Source: a virus. From it: a stretch of DNA of 64,000 nucleotides. The notes under the pieces were generated by a model, which was not told the origin of the DNA, did not search any database, and worked only from the letters and a program-made list of their open reading frames with translations. Positions 11,388 to 22,648 of the stretch are shown in pieces (positions within the stretch are counted from its first letter, which is position 1; each line of letters starts with the position of its first letter). Both the position numbers and the translations under genes were made by a program. Location: IMG/VR virus record IMGVR_UViG_3300032236_001081, positions 11,730 to 75,729 of that record; one strand, given 5' to 3'.

Positions 11388-12938
11388 ATGCCTGCAATTA
11401 TATCAGACCAATTTAGAATAATGAATGCAGAAACTTTTGTTAAATCACTAGTTTCTATTGGTAGCACTGCAAATAAATATTATACTTTTATAGGTCAGCC
11501 AAATTCATTAAATCCAGAAGCAGGAGGAGATGTAACTTGGCAAGCATCTCCTCCGCCACCATTGGATAGTTTTGTATATGAAAATAATATAAAAGATACG
11601 ATAATAACTTTAAAAAAAATATTAACTTCAGATGTCTCTAGAGTTATTAGAAAGGAGCAGTGGACATCGGGAACTACTTATGAGATGTATAAAAATGATT
11701 ATAGTGCATATAATGTTTCACCTATAACAAATGAAACTACTTTATATAATGTAAATTATTATGTAATAAATGAAGATTTTAGAGTTTATATTTGTTTAAA
11801 CAATGGTGCTACTCCAGAAAATCCAAAAGGAAACCCATCATTAGAACAACCAACATTTGTAGGATTAGAAGCAAGCCCAGCTGGAACTAGTGGGGATGGA
11901 TATATTTGGAAATACTTATATACAATTAAACCTATTGAATTTGTAAAATTTGATAGTGTAAATTATATTCCTGTTCCCGAAAACTGGGGAAGTAGTGGGG
12001 AAAGTATTTCAATAAAGAATAATGCAACTGATGGAAAAATAGAAGTGGTGTCCATCAGAGATAGAGGAGTGGGATATACAAAATCTACCACTTATAATAA
12101 CATCCCTATATTAGGAGATGGCACTGGAGGAAAGGTTACAATTGTAACTAATTCTTTTGGAGAGGTTTCGGAGATTATCGTTACGAATGGGGGAATAGGA
12201 TATACTAGAGGTATTATTAAATTTGAACCAGGAGCCCCTGGAATTCCTTCAACTCTAAGTCTGGAAAATAGAAATAATTCCGCTCAATTTGATGTGATTA
12301 TACCACCCAAAGGAGGACACGGGTATGATGTGTATAGAGAACTTGGAGCATATAGAGTTTTAGTATATTCTCGTTACGAAACTGACCAAGATAACCCCGA
12401 TGCAATTGTTGGAAATGATTTTGCTACTGTTGGAATTATAAAAAATCCAACAGTTAATACCGATAATACTTATGCAAGTGGATTAAAATCTTTAAAATTA
12501 AAGACTACTTCAACTAATACAGACTATCCAGTAGATAATGTAATTACTCAAACTATAAGCACTGGGACTACTGCTATTGGATTTGTTGCATCTTGGGATA
12601 ATATTACTGGAGTATTGAAATATTATCAACCTGTAGGACTAGCTAAAAGTGAAGTTAGTTATGTTATAAATGATTTTAGTTCAACTGTTGGGGTAGGAGG
12701 AAGTACTCTTATTAATTGTAGTTCTACTCCTTCTCCATTATCAATTGATACTTCATTTAGTGGAATTTCTACCACCATAAATAATAAAATCTATCGTCTA
12801 GGAACTACTTTCAAATCAGGCATTTCTTCCTCAGAATATGTAAGAGGTTCCGGGGAACTACTTTACATAGATACCAGGCAAGCAATTCCAAGGTCTGTAA
12901 GTCAAAAAGAAGATATCAAAATAATACTGGAGTTCTGA
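11388..12938 (+). CDS. gp8: Baseplate wedge subunit gp8
   Basis: MPAIISDQFRI, YYVINEDFRVYICL, DGYIWKYLYTI, PPKGGHG, QKEDIKIILEF. Confidence 0.92.
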   Translation: MPAIISDQFRIMNAETFVKSLVSIGSTANKYYTFIGQPNSLNPEAGGDVTWQASPPPPLDSFVYENNIKDTIITLKKILTSDVSRVIRKEQWTSGTTYEMYKNDYSAYNVSPITNETTLYNVNYYVINEDFRVYICLNNGATPENPKGNPSLEQPTFVGLEASPAGTSGDGYIWKYLYTIKPIEFVKFDSVNYIPVPENWGSSGESISIKNNATDGKIEVVSIRDRGVGYTKSTTYNNIPILGDGTGGKVTIVTNSFGEVSEIIVTNGGIGYTRGIIKFEPGAPGIPSTLSLENRNNSAQFDVIIPPKGGHGYDVYRELGAYRVLVYSRYETDQDNPDAIVGNDFATVGIIKNPTVNTDNTYASGLKSLKLKTTSTNTDYPVDNVITQTISTGTTAIGFVASWDNITGVLKYYQPVGLAKSEVSYVINDFSSTVGVGGSTLINCSSTPSPLSIDTSFSGISTTINNKIYRLGTTFKSGISSSEYVRGSGELLYIDTRQAIPRSVSQKEDIKIILEF

Positions 12939-12944
12939 TAAAAA

Positions 12945-15900
12945 ATGGCTCAAAATACAAATCTCAACATTTTTCCATATTATGATGATTTTGACCCTTT
13001 AAAAAATTATTATAAAGTACTATTTAAACCAGGAGTTTCCATTCAAGCAAGGGAAATTACTACATTACAATCTATCTTACAAAATCAAATTGAAAGATTT
13101 GGTAATCATTTTTTTAAAGAAGGTTCTGTAGTTATACCTGGGCAAATTGCTTATGATTTTAATTATACTTGTGTTGAAATTAACGATTCTCATTTAGGTA
13201 TTCCAGTATCTGCATATATTGATAAGCTTGTAGGTAAATTGATTCAGGGGGAAACTAGTGGAATTAAAGCAAAAATAGATAATTATATTACTAATGTAGA
13301 TTCAGATAGATCAAATTATACCCTTTATATAAAGTACCAAAGTTCTGATACTACTAATTTCAAATTAAGTAAATTTAATGATACTGAAAATTTGATTGTC
13401 CTTGAGGATGTTGATTATTCATTATCTTCATTGCGAGCAAATTCTACTTTTGCAACTACAATTTCTTCAGAATCTACTTCCGTAGGAACTGCTGCGAAAA
13501 TAGCAAAAGGTATATATTTTATTAGGGGATATTTTGTAGAAGTTTCATCACAAACAGTCATTTTAGACCAATACACGAATACTCCATCATATAGAATTGG
13601 ACTATCAATTCAAGAAGATTTTGCTGTAGCATCTAATGAATATGATGACCTATTTGATAACGCTCAGGGATTTTCAAATTATACATCATCAGGTGCAGAT
13701 AGATTAGTTATTAATACTACTTTAATTAAAAAATCGTTAAATGACTTTAACGATGAGAATTTTATTGAATTATTGAGAGTAAGAAATGGTATTGTAGAGA
13801 AAATTACAAAAACTACAACTAATAACTTATTAACTGAGGAACTTGCAAGAAGAACTTATGATGAGTCTGGAGACTATTATGTGAAACCATTTAAAGTTGC
13901 ATTAAATGAATCATTAAATAATAAAATTGGAAATAATGGCATTTATAATCTCGGTCAACAAACTAAAAGTGGAGGAAGCCCTTCTGATGATTTAGCCTGT
14001 CTCAGTATAGATGTAGGTAAGGCATATGTTAGAGGATATGAAGTAGAACCTCCTACTGCTTCTCAAATTGATATTAATAAGCCTAGACAGACTGCCACTG
14101 CAGTTAATGAGTCTGTGCCATTCAGCATAGGTAAACAAATAATATTAAATAATGTATATGGAAGTATTCCTGTTGGAATCAATACAACTTCTATTGTAAA
14201 ATTATATAGTGATAGGACTTCAAGTGCTGGCTCTCCGTCTGGAACCGAAATTGGGGTAGCACGAGTATATGACTTTAAACTTAAAAATTCCGAGTATGTT
14301 GATAAATCTACAAAATTTGAATGTTCTTTATATGATATTCAAACCTATACTAATATTACTTTAAATTCAAATATTTCTTCTATAACTACTCCTGCTTTTA
14401 TTGAAGGCAAAAATGGTGGAGCTTCTGGATATCTAGTATCTAATGTAACAGACTCAAATGCAGTATCATTATATCAAGTTTCTGGAACTTTCCTAATAGG
14501 AGAGCAAATCAAAATTAATGGTATAGATGACACCAGAACTATTAGAACTGTTAGAGATTATAGTATTTCTGATATTCATCAATTATATCAAACTGGGTTT
14601 ACTGCTGATGTATTATTATCTAAGGTAGTAATACTAGGTTCTTCTAGTTCATTTTCAATTTCAGATGGGACTTCTGGAATAAGCACAGTAACTAGTTCAA
14701 ATCAAAATTTCTATTCGGGAATAAATGTAGGAGATATAGTATCATACACTATTGGAAATTCTAAATTATCCACATATAGTAAAGTATCTACTATTAGTTC
14801 AACACTGAAATCAATAACAATTGTTCCTACGGTAGATGTGCCTAATGTATGTTTAGGTAGTTTACCAACTACAGTATCTACTGTAAATGATTTTAAAAAA
14901 ATTACATTAGAATTATTGAATACACCTAATGCTTATTTGTATTCTGAATTACATAATAAAAATATTTCAAATTTAAACCTTAAAAGTTCTGATGTAATTA
15001 TCAAAAAATCATATAATATTGCTCCCAATAGTCTTACTTCGGGTTCATATAGTGTAACATTAGAGTCTAACCCCGATTTAACTTTAGAACCATTTGATGA
15101 AGAAGACTATACTTTAACTTTTTCAAATGGAGTTATAGTTTCATTAGATAATCAAAAATTAATACCCAACAATAAAACTATAACAATTCAAGGTATACCT
15201 TCTGGGAATGCGAATGCGGCTACACTTACGGTAACATTTAAAAAAGTTAATACAAAGACTCGTAAAAAAATATATAATCCTTGCTCCACATTAATTATTA
15301 ATAAAACTAGCTCAGGAGTATCTACTTCCACGAATGGACTAACTCTTAGTAATGTATACGGACTGAGAGTAGAAGATAAAGAAATATCATTAAATATTCC
15401 AGATGTTGAGTCGGTTTTAGCGATATATGAATCTTCAACTACTAATGAACCAGAACTACCATCAATTACTTTGACTGATTTAAATTCTAGTATCTTAAAT
15501 TCTAGTATTGGTGAAAAAATTATTGGGACTACAAGTAATGCAGTTGCTACATTAGTTTCAATTACTAGTAATAAAGTTAATTTAGTATATTTAAATGAAA
15601 ATAAATTTGTTGCTAATGAAGAGGTTACATTTCAAGTATCTAATATAAAGGCAACTGTGTTTTCAGTTGCATTAGGAGACAAAAATATTAGAAATTCTTA
15701 TGTTTTTGATAATGGATATAGAAAAGAATTTTTAGATTTCTCAAGAATTATACGAAATTCTAACGCTGAAAGTCCAACCCGAAAACTTAAAATAGTCTAC
15801 AATAATTATACTATTAAATCTGATGATGATGGTGATTTTGTTGGAGTGAATTCATATGATAAAGATAGATATTCATTTAATATACCAGTATTTGATGCAA

Positions 15901-18900
15901 TAAGGTCTACCGATATTATTGATTTAAGACCAAGAGTTTCCGCATACTCAGGAAGTAAGTCTCCATTTGAATTCAATTCAAGAGTATTTTCTTCAGAGAA
16001 TGGGTCATCTCCCTATATCTTTGCTAAAGATAAAACAATAAACTTATCATATTCATATTATTTACCAAGAATTGATAAATTATTTTTAACTAAAGATGGT
16101 GATTTTATTATCAATAGCGGAGTTCCTTCAATAACTCCAAAATTACCCAATACTTTAGATTCAGCACTAGAGGTTGCCACAATTTATTTACCTGCATATC
16201 TGTATAATGTAAATGATTGTAATATTATACTATCTCCACATAAGAGATATACTATGAAAGATATTTCTAATATAGATGATAGAGTATCAAATGTAGAGTA
16301 TTATACTTCATTATCTTTGTTAGAGACTGATACAAAAAATTTAACTATTAGAGATTCTCAAACTAATTTAAATAAATTTAAGTGTGGATTTTTTGTAGAT
16401 AATTTTAAGAGCTTAGATGGTGGAGATTCTAAGAATATTAATTTTAAAGCAAGTATTGATTTAGAGAATGAGACATTAAGACCACAGCATTATACTACTT
16501 CTCTTGATTTATTACTCGGGTCTGAGTTAGTAAGTGGTACTGGTATAGTATATAACCCAGAGGCAGACCCTAGATATGTTAAAGATTTAGGTTCCCCAAA
16601 TATTAAAAAGGTAGGTGATATAGTTTGTTTAAACTATAAAGATGTGGAATATGTTGCAAACAGATTCTCGTCTAGAGTTGAAAATGTAAATCCATTTAAT
16701 GTTATCAATTGGTTCGGCTCTGTGGTATTACATCCATCTAGTGATAGTTGGTTTGAATCTAAACTCATCGGAAGTAATACAGTAAATGTGGAAGGTAATT
16801 ATAATTCAACTATATCCCGATTAGGTGCAGACAGTAACACTGGACTTGCTCCGGCACAGTGGAACTCTTGGAATCAATCAACTACCACACTAGATGGTGG
16901 AGGTGGAAGAAGATTAGTATCAGATATAACAACTGTTAATAGAGCTGGAACTCAAGTTCAAGTAAAGGAGCAGTTCGTTGCAAATACTTCTACTAGTATA
17001 AATTCTCAGAGTATTATTCTTGGAATGAGGTCTAGAAATATTGAAGTTGTTGCAAAAAGATTAAAGCCAAATACTAGATTCTATGGATTTTTTGATGGCA
17101 AAGATATGAATTCATACTTTATTCCAAAACTTTTGGAAATAAAGATGGTAAGTGGGACTTTCCAAGCAGGAGAAACTGTAACTGGAATATTGGGTGCTAA
17201 AAATATTTCATTCAGGCTTGCTTCTCAAAATCACAAATATGGTCCATATAATGCACCTACGGAAACTTATAAAACAAATTTATATCAAGCTACATCTGGA
17301 CTATCTAGTGTTTATTCATCTACATCTACATTATTGAATGTAGATACATTTAGTTTACAATTGAAATCTACTTCACAATTTTATGGTTGTGTTTCTATTG
17401 GTATGCAACTAGTTGGAGGAACAAGTGGAGCTATAGCTACCATTTCAGATTTAAGATTAATTTCAGATTCTAGTGGTACTTTAATTGCATCTCTCTTTAT
17501 TCCTGATTCTAATCTACCCTCTACTCCAACTTTCTCTACTGGAAGTAAGACATTAACGCTAACTAGTAGCTCATCAAATTCTCAAATTGCTGGAATTTCT
17601 GATAGTTCTGCAGATGCAGTATTTACTTCAAGTGGAACTTTAAATAACACTCAAGAAACGACTCTTAGAATTAGAAATGCAACAACCACAACAAATAACA
17701 TTTTTGATTCTAATACTACAACTACGCAGAGATGGGTAGACCCTCTAGCACAATCGTTTGAAGTAGCAGATACTAATGGGGTATTCATTACAAAATGTGA
17801 TATATTCTTCCGTTCAAAAGATACTAATAATATTCCAGTTACCTTGCAGATTAGAACTATGCAAAATGGAACTCCTACTCAACAGATTTTGCCATTTGCT
17901 GAAACTGTTATGGAGGCAAAAGATGTAAATATCTCGGAAGATGGAACAGTTCCTACTACTTTTGTATTCCCTTCTCCAATATATTTAGAACAAACAGGTA
18001 GTGGATATGCATTAGCATTAGTCTCAGCATCTGATTCTTATACTGTTTGGATTTCCAGAATGGGAGAGACTGATGTTTCTACTATTAACAAGCCAGATTC
18101 TGAAAAAATTATAATCTCTCAACAGCCAAGCCTTGGGTCCCTATTTAAGTCTCAGAATGGTTCTACTTGGGAACCAAGTCAATTAGAAGACTTAAAATTT
18201 GTATTATATAGAGCTGACTTTAATACTTCAGGTACTGTAAGATTTTATAATCCAGAGTTAAATATTGGAAATCATCAAATAGTATCACTGTCTTCTAATC
18301 CAATTTCTGCATATTCTCAATCTGCTATTGTAGGGTTAGGTAATAGTTTAACTTCAACTGATATTTCAAAGCTAAAAGTTGGTGTAGGAATTACTCAATT
18401 AAATAATCCTTACTTCTCAGGTAGATTAGTTTCTATATTAGGGGCTATCGGAATAGGAAGTACATTATCCATAAATAATTCTGGGAATGGTTTTACTACC
18501 TCTACAACTTATTCAAATGTAGACATAGTAAATATCACAGGAAATGGAAGTGGAGCAAAGGCAACTCTGGTCACTAATGCTTCCGGTATTGTAAGTTCAG
18601 TTACAGTAAATTCAGGTGGTTTTGGATATGCTATCGGAGATACATTAACTATAGACTATAATGACACTAATAATTTTGGTAAGAATTTAGTTCTCAGTAT
18701 ACCTAATAATGTAGGAATTATCTCTGCATTTAACTCAATTAGAATTGATAATATTCAAGGAACTGTTGATAATAATACTAATGTATCCGTAGATTATATT
18801 ATTTCCAATGGAATTACAATTACAAATGCATATGTAAGTTCATATTCTCCAATCAATAATGGAACCTATCTAAAAGTATCACATTCAAATCACGGAATGT

Positions 18901-20222
18901 ATTCGGAAAATTCTATTGTTTCTTTAAGTGGAATAGAATCTGATGTCCCTCCAGCTATTCTTTCTACTGAATATTCTTCATCATCAAATGCAGATATTAA
19001 ATTATCTAATGTAAGTAGTTTTACTACTTTTGAAAATATTTCAGTTGGGCCAGGAAATCCTGGTTATATTTTGATGGGTGATGAAATTATTAAATATACT
19101 AGCGTTGATACTAATACCAATACTCTTGGGGGAATACTTAGAGCCATAGATTCTACTAAATTAAATTTACATAAACAAAATGATTTGGTATTTAAATATG
19201 AATTTAATGGAATATCATTAAGAAGAATTAATAAAACTCATACTATACAAGCTCCTATTGAAATTGATAGTTATCATATTCATCTTGATATGGCTTCAGG
19301 TGGAGTTAATAGGACATTAGATAATAATATTACAGGTCCTAAACTATTCTTCAATTCTACAAAATCAGGCGGGTCTTATCTCTATACAATTCCACAAACT
19401 GATTCATTAGTTGGACCAAAGGCAACTCAAAATATTGCTTTCAATGTAGCAAAACCAAATGTTCAGACATTACTGCCAAATTCCACTAATATTGAAAGTA
19501 GAATTAGAACCTTCTCTGGGACTAGTGTAAGTGGAAATGAAGTTCCATATATTGATAATGGATATGAAAATATTTCCTTAAATTCTAACAACTATCTTTC
19601 TAGCACTAGAATCATTTGCTCTAAAGTAAATGAAGAAGCTAGACTTGTAGATTTCCCAGGTAAAAAGTCTCTTACATTGGAAATGGTGTTATCAACTAAG
19701 GATTCTAAAGTATCACCGATGATTGACTTAGACCGAGTTAATTTGATTACAGTAATGAATCGTATTGATAATCCAGTATCTGATTTTACACTTGACGCAA
19801 GAGTAAATGGAATTGACACAGACCCGAATTCTGCAATTTATATTTCTAAGCAAGTAACTCTTGCAAAATCTGCAGATAGTCTAAAGGTTCTATTAGATGC
19901 ATATAGGCACTCTAGTAATGAAATTAAAGTTATGTATAGATTATTCAGAAATGATAGCCCAAATGAAGAACAAAATTATGAGTTATTCCCAGGATATACC
20001 AACTTAGATGAGAATGGTAATGTTATAAATTATTCCAAAAATACTGGAAATGCTGATACTTTTGTATCGCCTTCAGTTAATTCTAATGATTTTAGAGGTT
20101 ATGAATATACTGCTTCTAATTTACCAGTGTTTAATGGATTCCAAATTAAAATTATAATGACTGGAACCAATCAATCATTTGTCCCCGAAATTAAAAATCT
20201 GAGGGCAATAGCAACACTATGA
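12945..20222 (+). CDS. VrlC-like large virion structural protein (DUF4815-type, 2425 aa)
   Basis: NLNIFPYYDDFD...VLFKPG..QARE.TTLQSILQNQIE; GKAYVRGYE; KCGFFVDNF; DPLAQSF; ends PEIKNLRAIA; conserved cyanophage position after gp8. Confidence 0.85.
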   Translation: MAQNTNLNIFPYYDDFDPLKNYYKVLFKPGVSIQAREITTLQSILQNQIERFGNHFFKEGSVVIPGQIAYDFNYTCVEINDSHLGIPVSAYIDKLVGKLIQGETSGIKAKIDNYITNVDSDRSNYTLYIKYQSSDTTNFKLSKFNDTENLIVLEDVDYSLSSLRANSTFATTISSESTSVGTAAKIAKGIYFIRGYFVEVSSQTVILDQYTNTPSYRIGLSIQEDFAVASNEYDDLFDNAQGFSNYTSSGADRLVINTTLIKKSLNDFNDENFIELLRVRNGIVEKITKTTTNNLLTEELARRTYDESGDYYVKPFKVALNESLNNKIGNNGIYNLGQQTKSGGSPSDDLACLSIDVGKAYVRGYEVEPPTASQIDINKPRQTATAVNESVPFSIGKQIILNNVYGSIPVGINTTSIVKLYSDRTSSAGSPSGTEIGVARVYDFKLKNSEYVDKSTKFECSLYDIQTYTNITLNSNISSITTPAFIEGKNGGASGYLVSNVTDSNAVSLYQVSGTFLIGEQIKINGIDDTRTIRTVRDYSISDIHQLYQTGFTADVLLSKVVILGSSSSFSISDGTSGISTVTSSNQNFYSGINVGDIVSYTIGNSKLSTYSKVSTISSTLKSITIVPTVDVPNVCLGSLPTTVSTVNDFKKITLELLNTPNAYLYSELHNKNISNLNLKSSDVIIKKSYNIAPNSLTSGSYSVTLESNPDLTLEPFDEEDYTLTFSNGVIVSLDNQKLIPNNKTITIQGIPSGNANAATLTVTFKKVNTKTRKKIYNPCSTLIINKTSSGVSTSTNGLTLSNVYGLRVEDKEISLNIPDVESVLAIYESSTTNEPELPSITLTDLNSSILNSSIGEKIIGTTSNAVATLVSITSNKVNLVYLNENKFVANEEVTFQVSNIKATVFSVALGDKNIRNSYVFDNGYRKEFLDFSRIIRNSNAESPTRKLKIVYNNYTIKSDDDGDFVGVNSYDKDRYSFNIPVFDAIRSTDIIDLRPRVSAYSGSKSPFEFNSRVFSSENGSSPYIFAKDKTINLSYSYYLPRIDKLFLTKDGDFIINSGVPSITPKLPNTLDSALEVATIYLPAYLYNVNDCNIILSPHKRYTMKDISNIDDRVSNVEYYTSLSLLETDTKNLTIRDSQTNLNKFKCGFFVDNFKSLDGGDSKNINFKASIDLENETLRPQHYTTSLDLLLGSELVSGTGIVYNPEADPRYVKDLGSPNIKKVGDIVCLNYKDVEYVANRFSSRVENVNPFNVINWFGSVVLHPSSDSWFESKLIGSNTVNVEGNYNSTISRLGADSNTGLAPAQWNSWNQSTTTLDGGGGRRLVSDITTVNRAGTQVQVKEQFVANTSTSINSQSIILGMRSRNIEVVAKRLKPNTRFYGFFDGKDMNSYFIPKLLEIKMVSGTFQAGETVTGILGAKNISFRLASQNHKYGPYNAPTETYKTNLYQATSGLSSVYSSTSTLLNVDTFSLQLKSTSQFYGCVSIGMQLVGGTSGAIATISDLRLISDSSGTLIASLFIPDSNLPSTPTFSTGSKTLTLTSSSSNSQIAGISDSSADAVFTSSGTLNNTQETTLRIRNATTTTNNIFDSNTTTTQRWVDPLAQSFEVADTNGVFITKCDIFFRSKDTNNIPVTLQIRTMQNGTPTQQILPFAETVMEAKDVNISEDGTVPTTFVFPSPIYLEQTGSGYALALVSASDSYTVWISRMGETDVSTINKPDSEKIIISQQPSLGSLFKSQNGSTWEPSQLEDLKFVLYRADFNTSGTVRFYNPELNIGNHQIVSLSSNPISAYSQSAIVGLGNSLTSTDISKLKVGVGITQLNNPYFSGRLVSILGAIGIGSTLSINNSGNGFTTSTTYSNVDIVNITGNGSGAKATLVTNASGIVSSVTVNSGGFGYAIGDTLTIDYNDTNNFGKNLVLSIPNNVGIISAFNSIRIDNIQGTVDNNTNVSVDYIISNGITITNAYVSSYSPINNGTYLKVSHSNHGMYSENSIVSLSGIESDVPPAILSTEYSSSSNADIKLSNVSSFTTFENISVGPGNPGYILMGDEIIKYTSVDTNTNTLGGILRAIDSTKLNLHKQNDLVFKYEFNGISLRRINKTHTIQAPIEIDSYHIHLDMASGGVNRTLDNNITGPKLFFNSTKSGGSYLYTIPQTDSLVGPKATQNIAFNVAKPNVQTLLPNSTNIESRIRTFSGTSVSGNEVPYIDNGYENISLNSNNYLSSTRIICSKVNEEARLVDFPGKKSLTLEMVLSTKDSKVSPMIDLDRVNLITVMNRIDNPVSDFTLDARVNGIDTDPNSAIYISKQVTLAKSADSLKVLLDAYRHSSNEIKVMYRLFRNDSPNEEQNYELFPGYTNLDENGNVINYSKNTGNADTFVSPSVNSNDFRGYEYTASNLPVFNGFQIKIIMTGTNQSFVPEIKNLRAIATL

Positions 20223-20410
20223 TACCAGTAAAGGGGCATAGTGAACTTTACCGAGATGAAAATAGCAATGCAATTTTAAATTGCAGTGATATAGAATATA
20301 ATGAATATCTAAAAGTTAAGAATATTATTATAAATCAAAAAACTGAAATTGATACTATCAAAAAAGATATTGAAGAAATTAAATTACTTTTATATTCTTT
20401 AGCCAATTAA
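20219..20410 (+). CDS. Small conserved hypothetical protein (C-terminal coiled coil)
   Basis: MIPVKGHSELYRDENSNAILN; ATGA overlap with the upstream gene. Confidence 0.75.
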   Translation: MIPVKGHSELYRDENSNAILNCSDIEYNEYLKVKNIIINQKTEIDTIKKDIEEIKLLLYSLAN

Positions 20411-20416
20411 CATACT

Positions 20417-20424
20417 TATAAATA
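20417..20424 (+). promoter_or_regulatory. T4-type late promoter TATAAATA
   Basis: Exact consensus in the intergenic gap. Confidence 0.8.
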
Positions 20425-20455
20425 TAAAAAAAGGGATTTTTAAATCGGTAATCCT

Positions 20456-21022
20456 ATGCTTACATACGTATCCAATATAACAATTCCGGCAGGAACTGAT
20501 TATAGTTCTACATTTGTTTATATAGACCCAATTAGTAAGTCTCCTGTTAATTTTACAGGATATTATGCTAGGGCTATGTTGAAAAAAAATCCATACTCCT
20601 TAACGTTTACAGCAGAATTTGAAGTAACAATTAATAATACTGAGATTACTTTATTTTTACCTTCAACTATTACATCTGGACTTAGAAACGGAAGATATTC
20701 ATATGATATTGTAGTAAATGATGGTATTACTATAAGCAGAATTTTTGAAGGAAGTGCAATTGTGAGTGGTTCAGTGACTACTAACCCAACTCCACCTCCG
20801 ATAATTCCAAGCATTGATATTACAGATATGAAAGATAAGTATGTATTAATGTATGATGATACTATTAAAAAACTTAAATTTGTCAATCCAGATGAAGTCT
20901 TGAATGCAGCCGCAGAAACTGAAACTACTCAGCCAGGTTTAGTTGGTTTTGCAACAGCATTTTTAAATGAATTAGATGTCGATTTAGATAATAGAATTGA
21001 TATGGATGCTGGGCAATTTTAA
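20456..21022 (+). CDS. Putative virion structural protein (beta-sandwich N-domain, Pro linker, C-terminal module)
   Basis: YVSNITIPAGTDYS...GRYSYDIVV...RIFEGSAIV; follows a late promoter. Confidence 0.7.
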   Translation: MLTYVSNITIPAGTDYSSTFVYIDPISKSPVNFTGYYARAMLKKNPYSLTFTAEFEVTINNTEITLFLPSTITSGLRNGRYSYDIVVNDGITISRIFEGSAIVSGSVTTNPTPPPIIPSIDITDMKDKYVLMYDDTIKKLKFVNPDEVLNAAAETETTQPGLVGFATAFLNELDVDLDNRIDMDAGQF

Positions 21023-21024
21023 AA

Positions 21025-21032
21025 TATAAATA
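21025..21032 (+). promoter_or_regulatory. T4-type late promoter TATAAATA
   Basis: Exact consensus upstream of the 21117 ORF. Confidence 0.8.
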
Positions 21033-21116
21033 ATAGTGTTTGAATAGACGATGATAATAATTTATTGTGTATTTGATTTTTTGTAATTTACTAGTACTTT
21101 ACACTTTTTAACAAAT

Positions 21117-22595
21117 ATGGCATCCCCAACAATTCAATTTAAGAGAGGTCTAGTTCAGAATCTTCCTGCCCTTCGTGCAGGAGAACCTGGATTTGCGACC
21201 GACAGATCAGATTTTTATGTAGGTCTTAATAGCACCACCGAAGGAAATAAGTTTTTTGGTTCAAGTAGATATTGGATTAGAGAAGACGGAACTAATTCAC
21301 TTAAGTTAAACCTTGTAGATAAAAGTGGCAATAATGGAGTAAGATTAGCGGCTCCTGATACCCTTTCCGGTATTACCACCTATACTCTTCCTGCAACTCC
21401 AACTGCTGGATATTTCCTGAAGACAGATGCAAACGGTGTACTTTCGTGGACTAGCGTAACTGCAGGTGCAACTTTTGAAAATGCAGTTCTGACTGGTGTT
21501 ACCACCATCACAAATGCTGTTATCCAAAGTGGTTCAATTAATGGCACAACTGTTGGTTTAACTACAGCAGCTGCCGCTCAGTTCACTACACTTGGTGCAG
21601 ATTCACTGAATGTTAGCGGTATTGCTACCGTTGGTTCACTCAGCATCGGTTCAACTCAAGTTGTAAGCAGTGCTTTCCAACTTAAGAATATTGCATCATT
21701 AGACGCAACAACAACAGCAACTATTGAAGCTGCTATTGCAAATGCTCCTAATACTTTCACTGATCTTTCAGTTACTGGTATTTCAACATTTACTGGCATA
21801 GTAAATGCAGGAAATATCAATGCTACTGGCATTGTTACCGCAAGCAGCTTCGTTGGAAATGGTGCTAGTGTAACTAATCTTACATATAGCAATATCACAG
21901 GAGTTTCTACTGCTGTTCGTAATGAAGTTTCTGCTACCAGTTCAGACCTAGGCTCTTTAGTCTATACTGCTGCTACTGGAGTATTTGCATATACTGGAGT
22001 TACTACTAGTCAGATTAGAGACCAGTTCTCTGCTGGTACTGGTGTTTCTTACTCTAGTGGTGAATTCAGCATCGGTCAAGATGTTGCAACTACTTCTGAC
22101 GTAACTTTCAATTCAGTTTCAACTGGAGAAGTTAAGGCAAATGATGGTGCTTCAGCTATTACTATTACTGATGTTACTGGTGCAGTTGGAGTTTCTAGTG
22201 ACCTTACCATTTCTGGTAATCTTTATGTAAATGGAACCACAACTCAGGTAAATACAACTTCATTAACAGTTGAAGATACCCTGGTTGAACTGGGTATGGT
22301 TGATGGCAATGCGCCTGCGTCCGACTTAAATAAGGACCTTGGATTACTTCTTAACTACTTCTCTGGTAGTGCTAAGAAGGCTGCAGTCTATTGGGATGAC
22401 AGTGTATCTAGAATTGCTATTGCATCGGAAGTTTCCGAAGCAGCAAGCGTTCTAACTGCTGCTGCATATGCTGCACTTGAAGTCGGTTCACTTTATATCA
22501 ACAATGCTTGTACTGGAGGAGTGCAAGAGGTTATTGGTTGTACTGCTGGTCAATTGACCCTTTCCAACATTGTAGTTGACGGTGGTTCTTTCTGA
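21117..22595 (+). CDS. Putative tail fibre / fibre-like virion protein
   Basis: MASPTIQFKRG...LRAGEPGF head; YFLKTDANGVLSW; GNLYVNGTTTQVNTTSLTVED; Ala/Thr/Gly-rich; late promoter upstream and terminator downstream. Confidence 0.7.
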   Translation: MASPTIQFKRGLVQNLPALRAGEPGFATDRSDFYVGLNSTTEGNKFFGSSRYWIREDGTNSLKLNLVDKSGNNGVRLAAPDTLSGITTYTLPATPTAGYFLKTDANGVLSWTSVTAGATFENAVLTGVTTITNAVIQSGSINGTTVGLTTAAAAQFTTLGADSLNVSGIATVGSLSIGSTQVVSSAFQLKNIASLDATTTATIEAAIANAPNTFTDLSVTGISTFTGIVNAGNINATGIVTASSFVGNGASVTNLTYSNITGVSTAVRNEVSATSSDLGSLVYTAATGVFAYTGVTTSQIRDQFSAGTGVSYSSGEFSIGQDVATTSDVTFNSVSTGEVKANDGASAITITDVTGAVGVSSDLTISGNLYVNGTTTQVNTTSLTVEDTLVELGMVDGNAPASDLNKDLGLLLNYFSGSAKKAAVYWDDSVSRIAIASEVSEAASVLTAAAYAALEVGSLYINNACTGGVQEVIGCTAGQLTLSNIVVDGGSF

Positions 22596-22616
22596 TAAGA
22601 CCTCCACATTAACTTA

Positions 22617-22623
22617 ATAAATA
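22617..22623 (+). promoter_or_regulatory. Late promoter ATAAATA abutting a terminator hairpin
   Basis: ATAAATA immediately 5' of the GGGGAGA stem. Confidence 0.6.
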
Positions 22624-22648
22624 GGGGAGAGTAATCTCCCCTTTTTTT
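22624..22648 (+). terminator. Rho-independent terminator
   Basis: GGGGAGA-GTAA-TCTCCCC followed by T7. Confidence 0.9.
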